From Candidatus Didemnitutus sp. (GTDB taxonomy: Bacteria > Verrucomicrobiota > Verrucomicrobiia > Opitutales > Opitutaceae): DNA of 64,000 nucleotides. Made by a program: the position numbers and the translations under genes. Position 1 is the first letter of the stretch; each line of letters opens with the position of its first letter. The notes beneath the pieces are model-generated. The model was not told where the DNA came from, did not search any database, and was given only the letters and a program-made list of their open reading frames with translations. Of the stretch, positions 50,201 to 57,271 are shown piece by piece. The stretch lies in the NCBI GenBank assembly GCA_017991595.1, contig JAGOQJ010000001.1:604410-668409 (forward strand). The letters run 5' to 3'.

Positions 50201-50549
50201 TTGAGAGAGCGATATTGACGGACGTTGCTTGACCGAGATCCAGATACACCTCGGTGATACTTTCAGGTGTCAAGCCGGCTGCGGTCGCGGAGACGGTGTA
50301 TGGGCCGCCAACGCGCAAGCCGGACATGTCGTATTGCCCGTTTGCACGTGTTGTCGTGTTCGCGCGAGTGCCGGAGGGGACGTGAAGGATCGTCACCGCG
50401 GCTCCGCTGACCGGTTGACCGTCCTTATTGGTAACGACGCCACTGACTGCTGAGGTCGTGAGACCTTGGGCCAATGCGGGTGGGAGCGACGTGACTGTTG
50501 CCAAAATGGCAGCAGCTAGCGCCATTAACTTAACGAACGATTTGTGCAT
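47286..50549 (-). CDS. TonB-dependent outer-membrane receptor with N-terminal carboxypeptidase-regulatory-like domain
   Basis: Signal peptide, CarbopepD_reg-like VSGVVTNKDGQPVSGAAVTI, plug and 22-strand barrel pattern, C-terminal ...GIRIKF. Confidence 0.85.
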   Translation of the reverse strand: MHKSFVKLMALAAAILATVTSLPPALAQGLTTSAVSGVVTNKDGQPVSGAAVTILHVPSGTRANTTTRANGQYDMSGLRVGGPYTVSATAAGLTPESITEVYLDLGQATSVNIALSSDVVQLDTFTVRSSRDTTFGSGRVSTGSNFGEDEIGNVATVRRNVQDIARLDSRVFLGSLDQGGQLSAQGQNFRYNSFLIDGVQANDPFGLNSNGFTSLRSPIPPEALQALSVELTPYDVRRTGFSGALINAVTKSGTNDFRGSVYYEFTDEDRRAKNPVSGVKDPFDEKTWGATFGGPLIPNKLFFFLSYDDFSRLTTAPNQNLIIPGNSQQITDIRTRAQTFNYDIGSFDVAENETLQETSIAKLDWNISDNHRLALSYRKTDGSDTVFASFSGSTTTSFSSYWYAQPRLTENYVLQLNSDWTPNFRTDLSISYSDYDGSPRPNSSPFPEVIINGISGTRADNNTAVTNGQIRFGTEFSRQYNNITTKTLTTTASGEYSVGNHTIVGGFDWENREIFNAFVQAWQGQFTFTNVAAWQSGTGSLLRALLAPGANPADVAADFDIGMLGVFLQDSWRVNDRLTLNAGLRFEQLVMPDELTAIPNANIYSEAAFRSKTWVTGQSGLSSTTLPDGNYTIAPRFSFNYELPTATKTQIRGGIGLFQGRNPGVWLSNAYSNRGAFARQTVANATFSPNQIPTTYVPVAVNDPFSPTTAANLRALPVINVTDPDFKQPLTWKGNLAIDHQIIGGMIATLEAGYSQTDRMPFVTNLNLRKVGTNPDGRDRYAGVITNSTSASRGSSASNPYTAATFYMNQEFSDVYYLTNSKKGGGFDLTLKVTKPWKNNWFASLALTHSDYEDVTPMTSSVAQSNYNGRAVFNPNEDVAATSNYNIKNKVVLVLTRRFEFIKRAPTTISAIYEGRTGRPYSWVFRGDANGDGFTFNDLLYVPTDINDPKVRYASDAARDQFWAFVNSNTLNRYKGQVVPRNSETSPWVNTVDLKITQELPIYKRLRSELFLNVINFANLIDDSWGIQEEVPFSYRRAVVGTTYDAAANGGAGQYVYQVTTPDGVPVTANDTPVSRWQIQAGIRIKF

Positions 50550-50740
50550 GGTGCAGATGCAGGTATTGGTGTTGGTAAACCCGGAGGAACCACCCCGGGC
50601 ATTGAATGTCGAAGCGAACGGCTGGCCTCTGGGGGAGTCAAGCCCGCATCCCTCGCCGGAGAGTCAACCTGCGCAGGAATTAACCTATCCGTAACGGGGC
50701 GGGCGTGCCGGCAGGACGGGGGTGGTTACGAGGAGGCTGA

Positions 50741-50770
50741 AACGAGAAAAGGCGGCCGGGCGGCCGCCTT
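50741..50770 (-). terminator. Candidate rho-independent terminator downstream of the DUF4412 gene
   Basis: GGCGGCCgggcGGCCGCC hairpin followed by a T-run on the minus strand. Confidence 0.45.
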
Positions 50771-50799
50771 GGGAGGGTCTATGGGAGGCGGTGCGGGTA

Positions 50800-51498
50800 T
50801 TAGCCGCCCAAGCCGCCCATCATGGGCATGCTGAGCTTCTGGAACCCCGCGGGCGGGGCGAAAAGCGAGGCGGGCAAGGCACCGGGCTCGATCTTCTTGG
50901 CTTCCAGGCGGAAAGTCTCCCGGCCGCGCTTGTCGCGTCCAATGACACGCAGGGGAAAGGCGCCCTTCCGGCTCTCCAATGCCTTTTCCCAGCCGGACGG
51001 GGCCGCAGCTTGGCGTCCGCCGCCCATCATGCCGCCGAGCGGATTGGCTCCGGTCCCGATGCCAGAGAAATGGCCCAGTTGGTCGGTGATCCACATTTCC
51101 GTGACGCCGTCCTGGTCGTTCGTGAGGTATTGCTCGCACACGTAGCCGAGGATGGTGGCGGTCTCGCCGGTCTTCTCAATCTTGGCCTCGGGCTCGGTGG
51201 GCGCGGCGGCTTGGCTGGCCGGGCCGGACTTGAGGGGCATCACCATATACATCTGCTGCTCGGGGATGAGCACGAGCATCTCGCGCTTGGCCCAATTCAT
51301 GATCATGGCCGTGCCCTCCGCCTCGTCGGATTTGGGCTCCAGGCGGACGACGCCGTCCTTGAACGCGTAGTCGATCACCTGCTCCTTTTCCTTGCCGCTC
51401 TTAATTGCGAGGGAGACGCGGCCCTCGAAGCCGGCCAGTGCCGTGGTGAACACCAATGCCAGGCCGAGCCCGGCGCATCCGCGGAGAATTGATTTCAT
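50800..51498 (-). CDS. DUF4412 domain-containing secreted protein
   Basis: Signal peptide MKSILRGCAGLGLALVF; DUF4412-like beta-rich body; Gly/Met-rich C-terminus. Confidence 0.5.
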   Translation of the reverse strand: MKSILRGCAGLGLALVFTTALAGFEGRVSLAIKSGKEKEQVIDYAFKDGVVRLEPKSDEAEGTAMIMNWAKREMLVLIPEQQMYMVMPLKSGPASQAAAPTEPEAKIEKTGETATILGYVCEQYLTNDQDGVTEMWITDQLGHFSGIGTGANPLGGMMGGGRQAAAPSGWEKALESRKGAFPLRVIGRDKRGRETFRLEAKKIEPGALPASLFAPPAGFQKLSMPMMGGLGG

Positions 51499-51671
51499 CG
51501 CGCCAGCGTAGGAGACGAGGTGGCGGGCACAAGGCTGCGGGCGCTGGCCGCACCCGGACTTTCGGCTAGGCCAAGGCGCGCCCACTGTCAGTCGCGGATG
51601 CTGCGTGATCGGTGCTGTGTCCGCCGCACAACGGCGTTGCGTCGCGCCGGGCGCAGGCAATCCTTGGCCGC

Positions 51672-52127
51672 ATGCTTTCCGAGTATTCGATCCGGCGCAG
51701 CGTCGAGTTTGTGGAGACGGACATGGCGGGGATCATGCACTTCTCGAATTTCTTCCGCTGGATGGAATCCTGCGAGACGGCCTTCTACCGCTCGCTCGAC
51801 CTGCCGCAGATTTCCTTCGTGCCCGGGCAGATCGTCGGCTGGCCGCGGGTCAACGTGAGCTGCGATTACCGCGCGCCGTTGCGTTTCGGCGACACGGCCG
51901 AGGTGCGGTTGCTCGTCAAGGAGGTGCGCACGCGCGCGCTCGTGCTCGGTTTCCAATTCCGCCGCTGCGACGCGCAGGGTGTGCCGCAGGGGCCGGTCGT
52001 CGCGCAGGGTGAGATGACGGCGGTGTGCGTCACGGGCGGGCCCGACGGCGCCATGCGTGCGCAGCCCATTCCCGAGGCGTTCCGTGCCAAGGTGACGGCG
52101 GCGCCGGCCTCGGCGTGGGCGGAGTGA
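51672..52127 (+). CDS. Acyl-CoA thioesterase, hotdog fold (YbgC/4HBT family)
   Basis: VEFVETDMAGIMHFSNFFRWME has the conserved Asp and His of 4HBT-type thioesterases. Confidence 0.65.
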   Translation: MLSEYSIRRSVEFVETDMAGIMHFSNFFRWMESCETAFYRSLDLPQISFVPGQIVGWPRVNVSCDYRAPLRFGDTAEVRLLVKEVRTRALVLGFQFRRCDAQGVPQGPVVAQGEMTAVCVTGGPDGAMRAQPIPEAFRAKVTAAPASAWAE

Positions 52128-52188
52128 ACGGTCGCTCAAGGGCACGAGCGAACGCGTAGTGTGGCCGGCGGCGATCGGCGTGCCTCGC

Positions 52189-53892
52189 TCAGGCGTCCAA
52201 CGCGTAGATCTGCACGGCCTCCGTCTTGCCCTTCACGGTGACGGCGCCGAGCGGGCGGAATGTGGCGGCATGCGCGGCGGCGTGCGCGGTGGCGGCGCTG
52301 ACGATGATGCGCGTGCCGTAGGCAGGCTCCTTCGTGAGTGATTCGAGGCGCGAGGCGAGGTTCACGCCGTCGCCGATGACGGTGTAGTTCAGACGCGTTT
52401 GCGAACCCATGTTGCCGGCGATGACGCGCGCGGTGTTGATGCCGACGCCGAGCGCGAGGGCGGGTTTGCCCTCGGCGGCGAGCTCGCGGTTGAGCGTGTC
52501 GAGCGCCGCGGTCATTTCCGCGGCCGTGGCCACGGCGCGGGCGGCGGCATCGGGGGCGGAGACCGGGGCGCCGAAGAGCGCCATGATCGCGTCGCCGATG
52601 TATTTGTCGATGACGCCGCCGTGTTTCTCCACGATCGCACTCATGCGATCGAGGTAGCGGTTGAGCAGGGCAAGCATCTCGGCGGGCGGCAGGCTCTCGC
52701 TCAGGGTGGTGAAGTCGCGGAGATCGGAGAACAGGACGGTGACCTCGCGCTCCTCGCCGCCGAGTTGAAGGTCGGAGTGAAGCAGCTGCGTGGCGATCTC
52801 AGGCGAGACGACCTTGCCGAGCAGGTCGCGCACGCGGTCGCGCTCGGCGAGGCCGGCGGTCATGTGGTTGAATGCGTCCGCGAGCTGGCCGAACTCGTCG
52901 GCGCGCGGCAGGTCGAGGCGGCGCGTGTAGTCGCCCGCGGCGACGGTGTGGGTGTGCGCAGCGAGTTGCTGCACGGGGCGGCTGACGTTGCGGGCGAGCG
53001 CCAGGGCGGCGAAGGTTGCCAGCAGCAGCGCCGCGAGCGTGCCGAGGAGGATCATTTGCTCCAGTGCGCGCGAAGGCGCGAGTTGCTCGTCGAGCGAACG
53101 GAGCAGCGCGATCGTTGCCGGTTCGCCCGTGGCGACGGGGAGGGGTTGCACGACGGCGATGTAATCTTCCCCGCCGAGCCGAAGCTGCGTCGTGCCGGGG
53201 CGCAGGTGGTGCGCGGCCAGCTCGCCGGCCCGGGCGAGCGGCAACGTGGAGGCGAGCGCCTCGGGTGTGGCGCTCGCGCGCAGGAAGGCGACTTCGACGT
53301 TGGCGCTGGCCTTCAATTCTCGGGCAGTCTGGGCGTCGATCGGGAAACCAAGTCCGACCCACGCAACGATCTCCGGCGGCGGAGCGAGCAGGGGCACGAG
53401 GACGATCTGGTGCAGTTCGCCGTCGAGGTAGCCGTCGCTCGCGGCGTGTTGGTGCTCGGAGGCCTCGGCGACGGACTGCAAGGCGGCGAAGGGAGCGAGG
53501 TCCTCGGCGGAGACGGCGCTGCGGGTGGCGGCGAGGAGCCTGCCCTCCGGGTCGAGCAGCACGAGGAGCGGCGCCTCGATGCGCGTCTGGTAGGTGGCGA
53601 GAGCGGAGCGCGCGGTGGCGGCGCTGAATTCCTCGGCGAGGAAGAGCTGCCGCATCGCGTAGTCGCCGGCCATCTGCTTGGCGGCGAAGAGCAGGGCTTT
53701 CTCTCGCTGGGCGACAGTGGCGGCGAACTGGCGGGCGGCGCTGGCGAGCTCGGCGTCGATGGTAGCGAGAGCGGAGGCGCGATTGGCGCGGCTGACGACG
53801 AGGTAAGTCCCGGCCTGCACCACCGCGAGCAGACCGACGAGCAGCACGAGCAGCCGGGTGCGGAAACGGCGGAAGCGGAACCGGCCGCGCAT
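52189..53892 (-). CDS. Membrane-bound adenylate/guanylate cyclase with periplasmic sensor and HAMP domain
   Basis: TM - sensor - TM - HAMP (DEFGQLADAFNHM) - class III cyclase domain (VTVLFSDLRDFTTLSE...IGDAIMALFGAP). Confidence 0.8.
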   Translation of the reverse strand: MRGRFRFRRFRTRLLVLLVGLLAVVQAGTYLVVSRANRASALATIDAELASAARQFAATVAQREKALLFAAKQMAGDYAMRQLFLAEEFSAATARSALATYQTRIEAPLLVLLDPEGRLLAATRSAVSAEDLAPFAALQSVAEASEHQHAASDGYLDGELHQIVLVPLLAPPPEIVAWVGLGFPIDAQTARELKASANVEVAFLRASATPEALASTLPLARAGELAAHHLRPGTTQLRLGGEDYIAVVQPLPVATGEPATIALLRSLDEQLAPSRALEQMILLGTLAALLLATFAALALARNVSRPVQQLAAHTHTVAAGDYTRRLDLPRADEFGQLADAFNHMTAGLAERDRVRDLLGKVVSPEIATQLLHSDLQLGGEEREVTVLFSDLRDFTTLSESLPPAEMLALLNRYLDRMSAIVEKHGGVIDKYIGDAIMALFGAPVSAPDAAARAVATAAEMTAALDTLNRELAAEGKPALALGVGINTARVIAGNMGSQTRLNYTVIGDGVNLASRLESLTKEPAYGTRIIVSAATAHAAAHAATFRPLGAVTVKGKTEAVQIYALDA

Positions 53893-53896
53893 GACG

Positions 53897-54538
53897 TCAG
53901 TAGCCGCCGGCCTTGGCTTCGGGCGCGCGGCGGATGCGCCGGTCGGGTTTCAACGCGAGCGTGTAGCGCCGCGGTTCATCGCCGCCGGACAACGCGAGTT
54001 CCTCCTGCAGCGGCTTGGCGAGGCGCGGGTGCCAGAGCTCCAACCGGTAGCGGCCGGCCGGCGCGCGCAGGGTGGCCGTGCCGGCGGCGTCGGTCTGCGC
54101 GAAATGCGGCGTGGGCAGCACGACGAGGTAGGCGACCATCCAGTCGTGGATGTTGCAGCCGATCGTGACGACGCCGGGTTGGTCGAAGAGCACGGATTCG
54201 CGCGCGCCGGGCGCATAGAGCGGTTTCTCGAAACGCTTGGCCTTCGACACTGAGTAGATGTGGTGCTGGATGTCGTCCTGATTGGGGAAATCGACCCGCG
54301 TGCCGACGCGCACCACGGTGACGTAGGGAATGTATTCCTGATCGCGCTGCACGATCTCGACCGAAGCGTCCGAGGGCGGGACCGCGGGCGCGGATTGTTC
54401 GAGCGAGTGGAGCGAGACGACCGCGTCGGCCACCGGGGCGCCTTTGGCGTCCTGCACCGTGAGGAGGAGGCCGGGCTCGGCGGCGGGCGCGAGCGGGGCC
54501 AGCAGGAGCGCGAACAGGAACGGAGCGGAGCGCAGCAT
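53897..54538 (-). CDS. Secreted small protein with cupredoxin-like Cys/His/Met pattern, hypothetical
   Basis: Signal peptide; DIQHHIYS ... GCNIHDWM gives the H...C-x2-H-x2-M spacing of type-1 copper sites; shares 1 nt with the upstream gene. Confidence 0.35.
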   Translation of the reverse strand: MLRSAPFLFALLLAPLAPAAEPGLLLTVQDAKGAPVADAVVSLHSLEQSAPAVPPSDASVEIVQRDQEYIPYVTVVRVGTRVDFPNQDDIQHHIYSVSKAKRFEKPLYAPGARESVLFDQPGVVTIGCNIHDWMVAYLVVLPTPHFAQTDAAGTATLRAPAGRYRLELWHPRLAKPLQEELALSGGDEPRRYTLALKPDRRIRRAPEAKAGGY

Positions 54539-55413
54539 CAGAAGCGGTGGACGAGGGCGGCGGACCAGGAGAGCTGGCGGTATTTCACGTCCACGATGTT
54601 TTTCATGAGCGTGTTCTCGTAGCGCAGCGTGAGCGTGGTGGTGTCGGACAGTGCGGGCGATAGCTGCAGCCACCAGTAACGCGCCGTGCCGTGCACCTTG
54701 TAAGTGACCCAGCCGGGGCCGTAGCTGTCGGTCACTTCCTGCGGTGTGATCGTGTAATATTGCTGGATGGCGGGGCCGAGCAGGCCGGTGAGGGCGCGGT
54801 TCCAGACGAAGGCGGAGGCGTTGGCCGTGAAGCTGCCGTTGAAGCGGCCGTAGCCGGAGCTGAGTTGCCAGCGCTCCGTGATGTCCCAGCTCACTTCGCC
54901 GAAATAGCGGCGGTAACTGATGTCGAAGGCGTCGGTGCGCGCGTGGTGCTTCCAGGTCTCGGCCGTGGCGGCGATGCGCCAGGATTCGGTGAGGCGTTTG
55001 CCGGCCTGCAACGCGAGGTGCTGGGTGAGGCCGTTGTCCTGCTCGATGCCGGCGGCGCGGCCCGTGAGCGCGAGGCGGCCGGTGAGGGTCGGCGCGAGCG
55101 GACCGAGGCCGAACTTGCGGCGGGCCTCGGCGCGGAGGGTGAGTTCGCCCTGGCTGAGCTGGCTGAAATCCGGTGCGACCTGCGCGGCTGCCTCCACCTC
55201 GGTGATGAGCGTGAGGTTGCCCGTGAGCTGGCGCGACCAAGCGGCGGTGGCGTCGGCGTGCAGCGTGAGCACATCCTGCCAGTCGCGGGCGCTGGAGGAG
55301 CGGCTGAGGTTCTCCGTCCAATCCGTGGTCAGCGACGCGCGGTAAGTGGCGGCGGCGGCGAGGACTGGGAGCAGCAGGAGGGCGAGCGTGGAGGCAAGGC
55401 GGGTGGGCGTCAT
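54538..55413 (-). CDS. Outer-membrane beta-barrel protein, hypothetical
   Basis: Signal peptide, alternating amphipathic strands, C-terminal ...LVHRF. Confidence 0.5.
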   Translation of the reverse strand: MTPTRLASTLALLLLPVLAAAATYRASLTTDWTENLSRSSSARDWQDVLTLHADATAAWSRQLTGNLTLITEVEAAAQVAPDFSQLSQGELTLRAEARRKFGLGPLAPTLTGRLALTGRAAGIEQDNGLTQHLALQAGKRLTESWRIAATAETWKHHARTDAFDISYRRYFGEVSWDITERWQLSSGYGRFNGSFTANASAFVWNRALTGLLGPAIQQYYTITPQEVTDSYGPGWVTYKVHGTARYWWLQLSPALSDTTTLTLRYENTLMKNIVDVKYRQLSWSAALVHRF

Positions 55414-56093
55414 TGCAACAAGGGTGAGATCGTGGCCCACACGGTCTCGGCGACGATGCGGTGGCCTTCGGCGGTGGGGTGGATGCCGTCGGGCAGATTC
55501 AACTCGGGCACGCCGCCGACGCCAGCCAACAAAAACGGGATCAGCGCCACGCCGTTCTTTTGTGCGAGCTCCGGATAGATGCGGGCGAAGGCCTCCGCGT
55601 AAACGGGGCCCATGTTGGTGGGGATTTGCATGCCGGCTAGGACGATGGTTACGTGCGGATAACGCGTGCGGATGCGGTCGATCATCGTTTGGAGATTGGC
55701 GCGGGTGACGTCGGGCTCGAGGCCGCGCAGGCCGTCGTTGCCGCCGAGCTCGATCACGAAGATGTCCACCGGCTGGCGCAAAATCCAATCGAGCCGGCGC
55801 AGGCCGCCCGCCGTCGTCTCGCCGCTCAGGCCGGCGTTCACGACGCGCCAGGCCAGACCGGCGTCGTCGGCCTTCTGCTGGATCAGCGCCGGGTAGGCCT
55901 CGTCGGGGTCGAGTCCGTAACCGGCCGTGAGACTGTCGCCGTAGAAAAGCAGCGTGCGCGGGGCGGCGGCGGTGGCGGCGCCCGTCGCGAGCAAGCACGC
56001 GGCGACCAGGAAACCGAGCCATTGAACCCGGAAAAACGCCGGTGGACGGAACAGCTTTGCACTTTCGGCACTCGTGGGTGTGTTGCAGCTCAT
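55410..56093 (-). CDS. SGNH/GDSL hydrolase, TesA-like arylesterase/lysophospholipase L1
   Basis: GDSLTAGYG block I, GGNDG block III, DGIHP block V; signal peptide; divergent from the ybbA-like ABC gene as in E. coli tesA-ybbA. Confidence 0.75.
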   Translation of the reverse strand: MSCNTPTSAESAKLFRPPAFFRVQWLGFLVAACLLATGAATAAAPRTLLFYGDSLTAGYGLDPDEAYPALIQQKADDAGLAWRVVNAGLSGETTAGGLRRLDWILRQPVDIFVIELGGNDGLRGLEPDVTRANLQTMIDRIRTRYPHVTIVLAGMQIPTNMGPVYAEAFARIYPELAQKNGVALIPFLLAGVGGVPELNLPDGIHPTAEGHRIVAETVWATISPLLQ

Positions 56094-56103
56094 CACTGCA
56101 TCC

Positions 56104-56793
56104 ATGAGTGCCCCAATCCTCCTGAAAGTCGAGCGCCTGACCAAGACCTATGCCACCGCCGCCGGCGCCCTGACGGTGCTTCGCGAGGTGGGCTTCGAAC
56201 TGCACGAAGGCGACACCTGCGCGATCGTCGGCCCCTCGGGCAGCGGCAAGACGACCTTGCTCGGCCTCTGCGCCGGCCTCGACCAACCCAGCAGCGGTAG
56301 CGTGCAGCTCGCCGGCCGCGAGATCGGCCACCTGAGCGAGGACGAGCGTGCGCTGGTGCGCAACGAGAGCGTCGGGTTCGTGTTCCAGAACTTCCAGCTC
56401 ATCCCCACGCTCACCGCGCTCGAGAACGTCCTCGTGCCGCTCGAGCTGCGCGGCGACAACACGCGCGAGACCGAGGCGGCGGAGCTGCTCGCGCGCGTCG
56501 GCCTCGGCGACCGCCTCGACCACTACCCGATGCAGCTCTCCGGCGGCGAACAGCAGCGCGTGGCGCTCGCCCGCGCCTTCATCAACCGTCCGCGCATCCT
56601 CTTCTGCGACGAGCCCACCGGCAACCTCGACGGCGACACGGCGCATGCGATGGTGGACTTGATCTTCGGCCTGAACCGCGAGCGCGGCACGACGCTCGTG
56701 CTCGTGACGCACGACCTCGAGCTGGCGCGCCAGACGCGCCGCGTCATCCGCCTCCGCAGCGGCGCCGTCATCAGCGACGAGCGCACCGGGTGA
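56104..56793 (+). CDS. ABC transporter ATP-binding protein (YbbA/LolD-like)
   Basis: Walker A GPSGSGKTTL; signature LSGGEQQRVALARA; Walker B ILFCDEPTGNLD. Confidence 0.85.
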   Translation: MSAPILLKVERLTKTYATAAGALTVLREVGFELHEGDTCAIVGPSGSGKTTLLGLCAGLDQPSSGSVQLAGREIGHLSEDERALVRNESVGFVFQNFQLIPTLTALENVLVPLELRGDNTRETEAAELLARVGLGDRLDHYPMQLSGGEQQRVALARAFINRPRILFCDEPTGNLDGDTAHAMVDLIFGLNRERGTTLVLVTHDLELARQTRRVIRLRSGAVISDERTG

Positions 56794-56847
56794 AGCGATT
56801 TGTGGGCACCACGAAAAACACGAAACACACGAACACGGGCCTCGATC

Positions 56848-57225
56848 ATGAGTGACATCATCTACCGCGAGGAGTCCTACAAAATCATGGGTGCGTGCTT
56901 TGCGGTGTATAAGGAGAAGGGGTGTGGCTTTCTCGAGGCGGTCTTTCAGGAGTGTCTCGAGTTTGAATTCGGTGATCAGAACATCCCGTTTGTCGCCCAT
57001 CCGTCGTTGCAGCTCTCCTACAAGGGCCGAATTTTGAAGCAGACGTATTCGCCTGACTTTATCTGCTACGAAAAGATTGTCGTCGAAATCAAAGCCATGG
57101 CCGCTTTGGCCAGCGAGCATCGCGCTCAAGTTCACAATTATCTTCGCGCGACCGGTCACCGTCTCGGTCTCTTGGTGAACTTCGGACATTTTCCCAAGGT
57201 CGAGTTCGAGCGCATCGCCCTCTGA
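56848..57225 (+). CDS. GxxExxY family protein (PD-(D/E)xK-fold)
   Basis: MSDIIYREESYKIMGACFAVYKEKGCGFLEAVFQECLEFEF...; conserved GxxExxY-family core; lower GC; sits between the ABC ATPase and permease genes. Confidence 0.7.
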   Translation: MSDIIYREESYKIMGACFAVYKEKGCGFLEAVFQECLEFEFGDQNIPFVAHPSLQLSYKGRILKQTYSPDFICYEKIVVEIKAMAALASEHRAQVHNYLRATGHRLGLLVNFGHFPKVEFERIAL

Positions 57226-57271
57226 CTTTCGTGTATTTGGTGTATTTCGTGGTGGCATCCTCCGTCTCCTC

